From Bdellovibrionales bacterium (GTDB taxonomy: Bacteria; Bdellovibrionota; Bdellovibrionia; Bdellovibrionales; UBA1609), in the NCBI GenBank assembly GCA_965200875.1, contig OZ241456.1, forward strand, positions 1,536,001 to 1,600,000: DNA of 64,000 nt, written 5' to 3'. The notes beneath the pieces were generated by a model, which ran no database searches, was not told the DNA's origin, and worked only from the letters and a program-made list of their open reading frames with translations. Of the stretch, positions 9,268 to 19,394 are shown in pieces. Both the position numbers and the translations under genes were made by a program. How positions within the stretch are numbered: position 1 is the first letter of the stretch; every line of letters starts with the position of its first letter.

Positions 9268-9957
9268 CTAAGCGAAAATATAGAGCGCGAAGCACAGGAC
9301 TAAAGCCAACATCAAGGCATCAAAAGCATAACTTGTCACCCAGCTTTTGAATCGGACATATAATGCTTGTCTTATTGAAAGCTTAGGAAGAGAAATTTCA
9401 TCTTCAAAAAACCATGTTAAAGATTCCATTCGCTTAATCATCTCTCTTGCTTTTCTGTTATTCTGGTTGTCTTTGAGTGCCCGCCCGTAACAGGAAATTC
9501 CATAAACCAGCTCATTTTGTTTATGGCAAGACCTCAGAAAATTATCATGAATTTTGTCATCATGCCAATTTTGAACCACTTTTGCCCATTCACCTCTCAG
9601 CTGAAAAGAAGCTCCTGCTCCTTCAATCATCTTAATAAAAACCACTCCACAATAGGAGCATTCCTGATCATTTATAGGCACTTCCTCAGTACATCTAGGG
9701 CATATTTTGGTGGAAATACCCAACCCGGAAGGCGCGGGAGTGGAATTTTTACGCATATCTGCCGGTTTGCCCAAAAGAATATTCTCTGTGTCTTTGGTAT
9801 TGATCCAAAATATTTTCTGGCAGGAGGAACATTGAAAGTCAGGCTGTTCCTCTTCAAATTCATTTGTAAAAGCTTTAAAAACCCGCAAACAATAAGGACA
9901 CCTAATACGCAAAGAAGAAGGAGTTAGAGTTTTTTGCTCTTCATAAAATTGTTTCAT
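9268..9957 (-). CDS. Double zinc-ribbon protein with C-terminal TM
   Basis: CPYC/CSSC and CPRC/CSYC pairs, hydrophobic C-terminus. Confidence 0.7.
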   Translation of the reverse strand: MKQFYEEQKTLTPSSLRIRCPYCLRVFKAFTNEFEEEQPDFQCSSCQKIFWINTKDTENILLGKPADMRKNSTPAPSGLGISTKICPRCTEEVPINDQECSYCGVVFIKMIEGAGASFQLRGEWAKVVQNWHDDKIHDNFLRSCHKQNELVYGISCYGRALKDNQNNRKAREMIKRMESLTWFFEDEISLPKLSIRQALYVRFKSWVTSYAFDALMLALVLCFALYIFA

Positions 9958-10081
9958 AATGATACTATATACAAAAAACTGATAAAATGCGAGCTTTTTA
10001 TCTTGAGCCAGCGGAAAAATGTCAGAACTTTTGAGGCAAAATTATATTTAAAACCATTTTTTGCAGTCCCGAGTCCCGAAT

Positions 10082-11797
10082 ATGAACAAAATCAAAAAAA
10101 AACTCAAATTTTATTTTCTGCCCTTATTATCCAGTATTTTAATGGGTACAAGTTATATTCCTTTTCCCTCTTGGGCTTTGTTTTTTTGCTATGTGCCTCT
10201 CTGGACTTTTGCCCTGAAACAAAAGCAAATAAAACCCTTATTAATAGGTGCGTGGCTTTGTCAGTTTATAGCCACTTTAATTGGATTCAACTGGGTGGCC
10301 TATACTGTAAGAGAATTTGGATTTTTCCCCTGGCCTCTGGCGATACTGGGCCTTCTTATTTTCGCCAGTTTCGCCAATTTACATATTCCTATTTCTCTGT
10401 TTTTCTGGTTTATTTCCCGCAAAAGACTTTTACCCCTCTACTCAGAAAATTCAAATGAAAATTTGCCGGATGATAAAGACAACAATTATGGAGATTTATC
10501 AAATTCCAAAACTGCCCAGCTAAAACAAACAAAAAAAGCTATTTTTCCTTTTTTATTCACTTTTCTCACTCTCCCCTTGTATTCCACTTTGGTTATGAAA
10601 TATTATCCCATGATTTTTGATTGGCACTTTGGTTACACTTGGTTTTACATGCGATGGCCTGCCTTTCATACTGCGGAGATATGGGGTTTTCAATTTTTAC
10701 ATACTCTGACTTTGTTCTCCAATCTGCTATTTTTATATTTCTTTTTGTGTGTCAAGAAGGCTCTTAAAACCAAGGCAGTCATTCGAGCCTGTAAGCTTCC
10801 TGTATGGATATTACTGATTTGGCTTTCTTTCTTCGCAATGCTGAATCTCTATGGGTGGTATTTAAAAAACCGTTGGCCAAAGCCAGATCAAATAGCTTCT
10901 GTTCTCCTTGTACAACCCAACATAGAAAACTTAAGCTCGCTGAGTAAAAAATTTAAAGCAGATCCAAGATCTTTCATTCTTAAAACACTGATAAAAGAAA
11001 CACGAACCGGCATTGCTCCTCAAAGAAAAATTGATTTTATTCTTTGGCCTGAAGGAGCGTATCCGTATCCTATCAAGCATGACACAAAAACAGCGAAAAA
11101 CAATCCTGCTCAAAGAAAAGCCGGAAAGTGGCAAATACCCATTGTGCTGTCTGCAATAGGACAACATAAAAAAAAGATAACCAACTCTGTTTTTGTATTT
11201 AACCAAGACGGCAGAATGATTCAAGCTCCTTATGATAAAACCCTGCTATTGGCTTTTGGTGAATATATGCCCGGTGAAAAATGGCTACCCATTAATAAAT
11301 TATTTTCCTATTATGACCGCTCCTTTACAAGAGGAACCGGGGAAAATAAAGTTGTTTTTTTAAATGGCATAAACCTGGGTTTTCAAATTTGTTATGAAGG
11401 TCTTTTTGATTTTTTTACCAGAGACTTAGTCCTGAAAAAAACACAAATTATAGTAAATGTCACAAATGACTCTTGGTACGGAAGCTGGCAGGAACCTTAT
11501 CAGCATTTATATATGACCCTCGCAAGAGCCATAGAGGTCAGACGCCCTCTTATCAGAGGAACCAACACGGGACTATCCACAGTGATCTCCGCCAAAGGGG
11601 AAATCAGTCCCATATCCACCATTAATAAAAGCTCCAGTCGGATTTATTCAGTCCCCTACTATAGCCGGGAAAAACAAACTGCTTTCACAGCATGGGGGTA
11701 TTATATTGATCAATATTTTTTATGGATTTTATTTTTTATCCTGTTATCCTTTTATATTTTGGCACATAAAAATCACCAAAAAAAAATACCTGAATAA
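10082..11797 (+). CDS. lnt: Apolipoprotein N-acyltransferase
   Basis: Multi-TM N-half; nitrilase triad motifs WPEG, YDK..L..FGEY.P, ICYE; NDSWYG. Confidence 0.93.
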   Translation: MNKIKKKLKFYFLPLLSSILMGTSYIPFPSWALFFCYVPLWTFALKQKQIKPLLIGAWLCQFIATLIGFNWVAYTVREFGFFPWPLAILGLLIFASFANLHIPISLFFWFISRKRLLPLYSENSNENLPDDKDNNYGDLSNSKTAQLKQTKKAIFPFLFTFLTLPLYSTLVMKYYPMIFDWHFGYTWFYMRWPAFHTAEIWGFQFLHTLTLFSNLLFLYFFLCVKKALKTKAVIRACKLPVWILLIWLSFFAMLNLYGWYLKNRWPKPDQIASVLLVQPNIENLSSLSKKFKADPRSFILKTLIKETRTGIAPQRKIDFILWPEGAYPYPIKHDTKTAKNNPAQRKAGKWQIPIVLSAIGQHKKKITNSVFVFNQDGRMIQAPYDKTLLLAFGEYMPGEKWLPINKLFSYYDRSFTRGTGENKVVFLNGINLGFQICYEGLFDFFTRDLVLKKTQIIVNVTNDSWYGSWQEPYQHLYMTLARAIEVRRPLIRGTNTGLSTVISAKGEISPISTINKSSSRIYSVPYYSREKQTAFTAWGYYIDQYFLWILFFILLSFYILAHKNHQKKIPE

Positions 11798-11817
11798 AAT
11801 CAGGAGGAGTCATCACT

Positions 11818-13185
11818 TTGAAACACAAAACCATAAAAAACGAACAAAATACCATCTTAAAAATGGGGACGGAGTTATTTAGTTCTCTTAAAAATCCACG
11901 AAAAAATCCACTGAACAAAAAATGGTGGTATGAAAATATTATGCAATGGACTCTCGTCAATTCCAATTTGAAAACAGCCCTTTTTCGCTTTGTGGATGTT
12001 TTTCCCTCTCTCAAAAAAAAAGCAGACATTCCTCTTTTCTTTAAAGAATACCTGAAAGCAAACAACATGCTGTCTCCTTTTTTAAGGATAGGAATCAATC
12101 TTCTACCACCTTCTTTTTTAAGCGCGCTTATTTCGAAACACACAAAGGAAATAGCCCATCTGTTTATAGCTGGAGAAGCCCCCTCAGATATTCTCCCTGT
12201 TTTGAAACAAATCAGAAAAAACAACAACGCTTTTACTATAGATCTCTTGGGGGAGGCCACTTTGTCTGAAAAGGAAGCTCAGATATATCAAAACCGCTAC
12301 ATAGCCATTATGGAACAAATGTATAAGCACAAATGGAATCACAATCCCTTGACAGACGAAGCAGAAAATGGAGAAAACCTCCCTCGCGCCAATCTTTCCC
12401 TTAAAATCACTTCATTGGAATCTCAAATTCTTACAGTCTCTTGGGAGGAAAGCAAAAAAAGACTAAAAAACAAACTTAGAGTTTTATTTCAAAAAGCCAT
12501 GGAGACAAACACTTTTATCAATATAGATATGGAACAATATCAATATAAAGTTCTTACTTTGGAAATTTTTAAAGAGCTTGTTTCAGAACCAGCGTTTAAA
12601 TCTTATCCTCATTTTGGCATTGTGATTCAAGCCTATTTAAAATCTGCTATGGATGATCTGCGCGATCTTTCCCAATTCCTTCGGAAATCAAATCACTCCA
12701 GCCCTATACATATTCGTCTGGTTAAAGGAGCCTACTGGGATTATGAGTTAATCCATAGCAGACAGAATAACTGGCCCTGTCCCGTTTATCTAAACAAGTG
12801 GGAGTCCGATATTAATTTTGAAAACTGCACAACATTTATACTTCAAAATTACCCGAGTTTGAAGCTCGCGGTGGGGTCTCACAATATCCGGTCTATAACT
12901 CACGCCTTAAACTTATCTCAACAAATGAATATTCCAAAAAAAGCGTTGGAAATTCAAACTCTTTACGGAATGGCATCTGCTATCAATACCTGTTTAAGCC
13001 AAAATGGTTGGAGAGTACGACAATATTGCCCTATAGGTGCTCCCATTCCCGGTATGGCTTATTTAGTGCGAAGGCTTTTGGAAAACACTGCCAATGAATC
13101 TTTTATTCAATCCTGGAAAAATACAAAAAATAATATTCCAGAACTGCTGAAATCACCCGCTCCACATAAGAAACATATATTGTAA
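11818..13185 (+). CDS. Proline dehydrogenase (N-terminal half of a PutA)
   Basis: LFRFVDVFP, DLLGE, DMEQ, QAYL, RLVKGAYWD, YLVRRLLEN; AGGAGGAG SD before TTG. Confidence 0.9.
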   Translation: MKHKTIKNEQNTILKMGTELFSSLKNPRKNPLNKKWWYENIMQWTLVNSNLKTALFRFVDVFPSLKKKADIPLFFKEYLKANNMLSPFLRIGINLLPPSFLSALISKHTKEIAHLFIAGEAPSDILPVLKQIRKNNNAFTIDLLGEATLSEKEAQIYQNRYIAIMEQMYKHKWNHNPLTDEAENGENLPRANLSLKITSLESQILTVSWEESKKRLKNKLRVLFQKAMETNTFINIDMEQYQYKVLTLEIFKELVSEPAFKSYPHFGIVIQAYLKSAMDDLRDLSQFLRKSNHSSPIHIRLVKGAYWDYELIHSRQNNWPCPVYLNKWESDINFENCTTFILQNYPSLKLAVGSHNIRSITHALNLSQQMNIPKKALEIQTLYGMASAINTCLSQNGWRVRQYCPIGAPIPGMAYLVRRLLENTANESFIQSWKNTKNNIPELLKSPAPHKKHIL

Positions 13186-13213
13186 AAGACTTTAACGAAT
13201 GATTGTTTAAAGA

Positions 13214-14239
13214 TTAAAAGTGCTTTGTGGGAGCTTGTTTCCATAAGTCCTCAAGGCGATAATACTCTCTTGTGTAATCATAAAAAATATGCACAGCCAA
13301 AGTGCCATAGTCCAACACAATCCACTCTCCTCTTTCCTGTCCTTCCATCTGCTGAACACCAAAAGAAAAATGTTTTTTCACCTCCTTTTGCAAATAAGAG
13401 GCCATTACTTTTGTATGTCGTGTATTCAGGCCCGAAGCCACCACTGTAAAGTCAAAAGGAAGTAGAGAAAAATCACTTAAATCAAAAGTTTTCACTCTTC
13501 GGGCTTTTTTACCCAACAAAACTTCAACACAAAATTGCACTAAATGAGATCCAGTCTTTGTATCTTTCTTCAAAGACTGTGTTTGATAAGGTACTTCTTT
13601 TCCAATCCATTGCTCCACCACTGCCGGAACCAGATGTCCAACCGACAAATTTTGAGCGGAAAGTTTACGAATTTGAGAAGAGGAAATATCCATATTCTTT
13701 AAAGAAAGGTAATGGATATTTTTTCCAGTGATAAGTTTTATTGTAGAAGAAGACGAGAACCCTCCCAACGAACAAACATACTCCTCCAAAAAAGAAGGAA
13801 TGGAAGAACTCCACTTATATCCTTTTCTGCTACAAATCACCAAATGCGTTTTTTGCAAAATGGTTTTAAAATTTTTCCATTTGTCAAACTTTACCCATTG
13901 ATCCATCCCCATGATTAAAAAAATCTCTTTAAACTCAGGAAGAGCCTTTATCAAAGCCTCTATTGTATCAACAGAGTAACTCACTCCCCCTCTTTTTATT
14001 TCCCAATCATCCACTTCCACAAAAGAATAATTTTTAAACACCTGACGAACTAAAGTTAATCGTTTTTGAGGAGACACTGCCCGAATAGGAGGAGCCAGAG
14101 GAACTCTCCCAGCCGGCACCACTTTTATCAAATCAAATTCAAATTGTTCCTGAACCTGAATCAACAAATTCAAGTGCCCCAAATGTAAAGGATTGAAGGA
14201 AGCTCCAAAAATTCCCATTTTACAGACTTTATTGTTCAT
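13214..14239 (-). CDS. nadD: Nicotinate-nucleotide adenylyltransferase fused to ribosome silencing factor RsfS
   Basis: GASFNPLHLGH and ISSSQIR (NadD); C-terminal EG...WIVLDYG.LAVHIF...REYYRLEDLW (RsfS). Confidence 0.9.
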   Translation of the reverse strand: MNNKVCKMGIFGASFNPLHLGHLNLLIQVQEQFEFDLIKVVPAGRVPLAPPIRAVSPQKRLTLVRQVFKNYSFVEVDDWEIKRGGVSYSVDTIEALIKALPEFKEIFLIMGMDQWVKFDKWKNFKTILQKTHLVICSRKGYKWSSSIPSFLEEYVCSLGGFSSSSTIKLITGKNIHYLSLKNMDISSSQIRKLSAQNLSVGHLVPAVVEQWIGKEVPYQTQSLKKDTKTGSHLVQFCVEVLLGKKARRVKTFDLSDFSLLPFDFTVVASGLNTRHTKVMASYLQKEVKKHFSFGVQQMEGQERGEWIVLDYGTLAVHIFYDYTREYYRLEDLWKQAPTKHF

Positions 14240-15287
14240 TTTCTCCTAAAAGCACATCCATCCTTTTTTTCAAAATTTCATTCCTGAAGTTTTTAAGATG
14301 ATTGGAATTATTTACAGAAAAAAAGTAAAAAATTTTCAAAAGCTCCTTATGAAAAGGCTCCACTTTTTCCAGAGAAGAAGAATTTTTTTCCCCGGACAAA
14401 AGTAAAATAGAGGGTTTTTGGGTTAAACAACTTTTATGTTTTTGATCATAAAATAAAAGCTCTTCTCTTAATTTTTGATAGGAGGTAAAAGGATTTACAT
14501 CCGTTAGAGACAAGACAAAAACAATTATTTTAGTCTTCTCCGCCTGTTTTAAAAACTTTCTGGTGGAGGGGCTTAACCCCGGCAAATCCACAAAAACGGC
14601 TGGCGCAAAATAACCAATATGTTGATCCAATGCGTGGGAGCTTTTGGTTGTGCTTTCCTTCTCCTGCCCATTCAAGTTAACGGAAAACATTCGAGGATAA
14701 GATGAGGGATAAAGTTTTTCCTTTAGACCTCCCATCTTCAGCAAAAGAGAGGTCTTTCCAGAGCCTCTAAAACCAATGAGACACACATCACTCAGCCATT
14801 TTAATTCCAGAGTTATTTTCTTTTGCAAAGCTGGCTCACCGGGCTGAGCAGATTGAGGGGCCTGCCTCCTTGAGGACTTGAAAAAACAATTTCCTCTACC
14901 CCCTTTTCCTCCCTTTAAAACACACCATTTTTTATCTGTCAGCTCTTTTAGAAACTGTCCCTTGGAATCATAACAAAATGTTCCCTTAGGCACATAAACC
15001 GTCAGGTCTTTTCCTCGCGCTCCTCTTTTCTTGTTTCCCTCTCCTTTTTTTCCATCTTCTGCTTTATAAAAAGACCGGACTGTTAAATGAGAAAAATCCT
15101 TTAGCGAGCTTTCAGGAGATAAAAACAAATCTCCTCCCCTTCCTCCATCCCCTCCATCGGGGCCGGCTCTAGGGGATCTGCGAGTTCTTTGAAAATGTAC
15201 AGATCCTCTGCCTCCACATCCAGATGAGATTTTAATTTGAATATGATCTGTAAAACCCGAATTTTTATAAGATTCAAGAGAGGGCAT
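14229..15287 (-). CDS. obgE: Obg/CgtA family protein with degenerate G-domain
   Basis: Gly-rich Obg fold ([20 protein letters not shown]); follows rplU-rpmA; G motifs divergent. Confidence 0.85.
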   Translation of the reverse strand: MPSLESYKNSGFTDHIQIKISSGCGGRGSVHFQRTRRSPRAGPDGGDGGRGGDLFLSPESSLKDFSHLTVRSFYKAEDGKKGEGNKKRGARGKDLTVYVPKGTFCYDSKGQFLKELTDKKWCVLKGGKGGRGNCFFKSSRRQAPQSAQPGEPALQKKITLELKWLSDVCLIGFRGSGKTSLLLKMGGLKEKLYPSSYPRMFSVNLNGQEKESTTKSSHALDQHIGYFAPAVFVDLPGLSPSTRKFLKQAEKTKIIVFVLSLTDVNPFTSYQKLREELLFYDQKHKSCLTQKPSILLLSGEKNSSSLEKVEPFHKELLKIFYFFSVNNSNHLKNFRNEILKKRMDVLLGENEQ

Positions 15288-15531
15288 ACACACTGACTTT
15301 TTGTTTCTTCTTGCCTAAACCTTCAAACTGCACATGACCTTTAATGCGGGAATAAATGGTAAAATCCCGACCCATACCTGTTCCCGCGCCCGGATAAAAA
15401 CAAGTACCCCTTTGCCGAACAAGGATAGTCCCCGGAAGAACAGTCTGCCCGGAAAACCGCTTGACACCCAACCTTTTACTTTGAGAGTCCCGACCGTTTC
15501 TCGTACTGCCAGACGCTTTTTTGGAAGCCAT
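15274..15531 (-). CDS. rpmA: 50S ribosomal protein L27
   Basis: [31 protein letters not shown]. Confidence 0.97.
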   Translation of the reverse strand: MASKKASGSTRNGRDSQSKRLGVKRFSGQTVLPGTILVRQRGTCFYPGAGTGMGRDFTIYSRIKGHVQFEGLGKKKQKVSVYALS

Positions 15532-15534
15532 ATT

Positions 15535-15954
15535 TTATTTCTCCTGATGATTTTCTGTTATCTTTTTTTGCACCGGCTTTGATGAGGCGGTTTTTAAAGT
15601 TTCCTTCTTCCGTACCGGTGATTTTATATTTTCTCCCTGAGGAGTTAAAAAAGACTCTATGTAAATTTCTGTAAATGCCTGACGATGCCCCTGAGTTTTA
15701 CGGTAACCTTTTCGCCTGTTTTTCTTAAAAACTAAAACTTTTTTGCTTTTTCCGTGCCGAACCACCCGACCTCTGATTTCCGCTTTTTCCACATAAGGAG
15801 AACCTGTTACAAAAGAACCGTTTTCATGCCGAAAGGCCAACACCTGCTTTGACTTCCATTCCATACCTGATTCCAATTTTACCTGTTCTATTTTGATAAA
15901 CTGACCCGGCCAGGTACGATATTGATGCGAACCATTTTGTATTATTGCATACAT
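15535..15954 (-). CDS. rplU: 50S ribosomal protein L21 with basic C-terminal extension
   Basis: MYAIIQNGSHQY, RRKGYRKTQGHRQ.FT. Confidence 0.95.
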   Translation of the reverse strand: MYAIIQNGSHQYRTWPGQFIKIEQVKLESGMEWKSKQVLAFRHENGSFVTGSPYVEKAEIRGRVVRHGKSKKVLVFKKNRRKGYRKTQGHRQAFTEIYIESFLTPQGENIKSPVRKKETLKTASSKPVQKKITENHQEK

Positions 15955-16189
15955 AAAAAACACCTTAATTCAAAATTCAGAGAAAAGTGTATCTGAGTTT
16001 TCTTAAAACTTAACTCTCGAATGATTTTTTTTTAAAGAAACTTCTCTTTGGTAGAGATAATAAATTCAGCAGATGTTTGTCAATAAATTTATCATTCATC
16101 AGTTTAAAAGCTTCGAACAATGTTTAAGCCCAGATGAACCCCACATAAAAAAATGCCTCAAAAACCCACAAAAAAACAACCCCCAGTGC

Positions 16190-17569
16190 TTATTTTTCTA
16201 TCCAACCTCTTCCATCACAATGAAAACAAGGCTCACACATTGTTTCCAACAAGGAAGAGTGAACTCTTTTTCGAGTAAGTTGTGCTATAGCCAACTCCGA
16301 CATATTAACAAGATCAGTGGGAACACGGTCTTTTTTAAGCTCCTGAGACAAAACCTCCATGACTTTTTGCCGGGAAGACTCTGTTTCCATATCAATAAAA
16401 TCAATAATAATGATTCCTCCACAGTTCCTGAGGCGAAGTTGAAGAGCTATTTCCCTAGCTGCCTCTTGGTTAATTTTTAAAATATTTTCCTCCGGCATTT
16501 TTCTGCCCATGAAACTTCCTGTATTCACATCCACAACAACCGCTGCTTCCGTTTCCTCAATAACAATACCCCCTCCTGACCTAAGCTTTATTTTTTTATG
16601 TAACAATCGCCTCACTGCCGACTCTAAATCATATTTATCAAACAAAGAGGTTTTTTTATTATTATAAAAAGAGATTTTATTCCTGTATTGTGGCATTGTT
16701 TCACTGGTAAAATCCTTCAGATCCAAAAACATTTGTTTCTCATCCACCAACACTTTGTCCACTTCCTCTGTTAAAAAATCCCTTAATATTTTACAGGAAA
16801 AAGACATATCAGACCAAATAAGCCCAGGGGACTTCCGCGCTTTATATCTTCTCTGAATACCTTTCCAGGTTCTTTGCAAGTTGTCCCAATCCCTTTTCAG
16901 CTCCTCTTCACTGACTTCCGCCGCTTTCGTGCGGATAATAAGAGAGGCATTCTTATTCCATCGCTCCACCCACTGAACAAGCTTTTCCTTCATATTTTCA
17001 TCTTCAATTTTTCTGGAAACTGCAATATGAAAAGGAGAGTTTGGAAGATAAACTAGATAAAACCCTGGCAGGCTGATTTTATCGCTTACACGAAGGTTTT
17101 TGCCTTTTAGAGAATCTTTGATCACCTGAACCATAATATGCTGACCGGTTCTTAATTGCTTTAAAATGCTGGTTTGAACGCCTTTTGTATTTCTCCCACG
17201 AACCACATGCTCCGTTGAACTCTCTGAAAAGCTCTCTGAAAAAGTCGCTCTTTGGAGTTCAGATTCCCAAAAATCAGAATTATCCGCATTTTTAGCCCTA
17301 TTTTGAGCATATTGACTTTCCTCGGATGGATTTTTATAAATTTTCCGGCCTGTATGAAAAAAAGCGGACTTGTTAGAACCAACATTTACAAAGCAAGCGT
17401 CTAAACTGGGTTGTTTTTTAACCACTTGAGCTTTAAACACAGCACCCACTTGGAAAGGTTTGGAACGATTTTCTAGGTGAAAATCAGAAAAAACACCTTC
17501 CCTTAGCTGAGCAATACGAATACGAGATCTTTGCACATTAATTAAAATAAGATTTTTCCCAGAACTCAT
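16190..17569 (-). CDS. Ribonuclease E/G family
   Basis: S1-like region, VDVNTG, QLRLRNCGGIIIIDFIDM, TRKR, Zn-link CFHCDG. Confidence 0.9.
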   Translation of the reverse strand: MSSGKNLILINVQRSRIRIAQLREGVFSDFHLENRSKPFQVGAVFKAQVVKKQPSLDACFVNVGSNKSAFFHTGRKIYKNPSEESQYAQNRAKNADNSDFWESELQRATFSESFSESSTEHVVRGRNTKGVQTSILKQLRTGQHIMVQVIKDSLKGKNLRVSDKISLPGFYLVYLPNSPFHIAVSRKIEDENMKEKLVQWVERWNKNASLIIRTKAAEVSEEELKRDWDNLQRTWKGIQRRYKARKSPGLIWSDMSFSCKILRDFLTEEVDKVLVDEKQMFLDLKDFTSETMPQYRNKISFYNNKKTSLFDKYDLESAVRRLLHKKIKLRSGGGIVIEETEAAVVVDVNTGSFMGRKMPEENILKINQEAAREIALQLRLRNCGGIIIIDFIDMETESSRQKVMEVLSQELKKDRVPTDLVNMSELAIAQLTRKRVHSSLLETMCEPCFHCDGRGWIEK

Positions 17570-17720
17570 TTCCTCTCTTCCATTTTTTACCCGGATGGCT
17601 TTTATTTGTAAGAAATCTCACATTCGCCATTTCTTTGCCAGAAAAAACAGCATTAAAAAATATAAAAATCTTTTGGTTTTTTCACAAATTTCCAAGTATT
17701 ATACATCGGAAGGAGTTTTT

Positions 17721-19352
17721 TTGAAAAATAAAATAAATAATGCGTCCTCGCAACCTTTTGAAAAAAAATCAAAGCCTCAGGAAAAAGCCCAAAACTCTTT
17801 TTCTCCAATCCATCAAAAGTTAATGGAATTAAGAGAAAAAAACAAACAAGCGATAACCGGAGAAGGGGAGGAAAAAATACAGAAACAAAAAGCTGGGGGG
17901 AGATTAACAGCCAGAGAGCGGATTAATCTTTTACTTGACCCGGGAAGCTTCAAAGAACTGGATCGTTTTGTTCTCCATCGTTGCACTTATTTTGATATGG
18001 AAAAAAAATCTGTTCCCGGTGACGGAGTACTTACAGGATACGGAAGAATTAATGGAAAAAAAGTTTTTGTTTACAGCCAGGATTTTACCGTTTTTGGGGG
18101 AAGCATGTCCCGCACGCAAGCGGATAAAATTTTAAAAGTAATGGATTTAGCCCTCAAAACCGGAGCACCACTTATCGGTCTCAAGGACTCTGGAGGGGCG
18201 CGGATTCAGGAAGGAGTGCTGGCTTTAGGGGGTTATGGAGACATTATGTTTAAAAATGTACGCCTATCCGGTGTGATTCCTCAAATAAGTGCTATTATGG
18301 GACCTTGCGCAGGAGGAGCTGTCTATTCTCCGGCTTTATCTGATTTTATTTTTATGGTGGAAAATTCCAGTTATATGTTTCTAACCGGACCGGATGTGAT
18401 TAAAGCCGTTACCCATGAAGAGATCAGCAAAGAAGATCTAGGAGGCTCAAAAACCCACACTGAAAAATCAGGCATAGCTCATTTTTCCTGCCAAAATGAT
18501 AAACAATGTTTAATGATGATCAGAACTCTTTTAAATTTCCTTCCCGGAAATAATTTGGACGACCCCCCTCGCCAAGATTCAAAAGACCCAGTGGAAAGAC
18601 GCTCGGAAGTGTTAAATCAGCTCATTCCCGATCAAGCCAAAAAACCCTATAATATGAAAGTATTGATCAAGGAAATCGTGGATGACTCCTTTTTCTTGGA
18701 ATTAAAGGAAAATTACGCGACAAATATTATTACCGGTTTTGCCCGTTTAAATGGTTACAGTGTAGGTATTGTGGCTAATCAACCACAAGTGCTGGCGGGC
18801 TGTATCAACATTTCTGCCAGCCAAAAAGCCGCCCGGTTTATTCGTTTTTGTGATTGTTTCAATATCCCCATCATAAGTTTTGTGGATGTGCCAGGTTTTT
18901 TACCCGGCACCGATCAGGAACACGGAGCTGTAATTGCTCACGGAGCCAAATTGCTTTATGCTTATGCTGAAGCACGTGTTCCAAAAATCACTCTTATTAC
19001 ACGAAAAGCTTACGGAGGGGCTTATATTGTTATGGGATCCAAACACTTGGGCGGTGATATTAATTTTGCTTATCCAGGTTCGGAAATTGCTGTCATGGGT
19101 GCAGAAGGGGCCGTTAATGTTATCTTTCGAAAACAAATAAAGTCTGCAAAAGATCCAGCACTTAAAAGAGAAAAACTTACAAAAGAATACGAAACTATTT
19201 TCAACAATCCCTACAGAGCGGCAGAGTTAGCTTATATTGATGCCATTATTGAACCTTCTCATACAAGAGAGCACATAGCGGGAGCCTTGGAGCTTTTACA
19301 AAATAAAAGGGAAAAAATCCCTGAGAAAAAACATGGTAACATTCCCTTATAA
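17721..19352 (+). CDS. Acyl-CoA (propionyl-CoA-type) carboxylase carboxyltransferase subunit
   Basis: LTARERI..LLD.GSF.E, DSGGARIQEG, GPCAGG, DVPGFLPG, KKHGNIPL. TTG start with AGGAG SD; start uncertain. Confidence 0.92.
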   Translation: MKNKINNASSQPFEKKSKPQEKAQNSFSPIHQKLMELREKNKQAITGEGEEKIQKQKAGGRLTARERINLLLDPGSFKELDRFVLHRCTYFDMEKKSVPGDGVLTGYGRINGKKVFVYSQDFTVFGGSMSRTQADKILKVMDLALKTGAPLIGLKDSGGARIQEGVLALGGYGDIMFKNVRLSGVIPQISAIMGPCAGGAVYSPALSDFIFMVENSSYMFLTGPDVIKAVTHEEISKEDLGGSKTHTEKSGIAHFSCQNDKQCLMMIRTLLNFLPGNNLDDPPRQDSKDPVERRSEVLNQLIPDQAKKPYNMKVLIKEIVDDSFFLELKENYATNIITGFARLNGYSVGIVANQPQVLAGCINISASQKAARFIRFCDCFNIPIISFVDVPGFLPGTDQEHGAVIAHGAKLLYAYAEARVPKITLITRKAYGGAYIVMGSKHLGGDINFAYPGSEIAVMGAEGAVNVIFRKQIKSAKDPALKREKLTKEYETIFNNPYRAAELAYIDAIIEPSHTREHIAGALELLQNKREKIPEKKHGNIPL

Positions 19353-19394
19353 TTTTCAGCTGATTTAAAGTAAAAAGGAGTATTTTTCGTTAAA

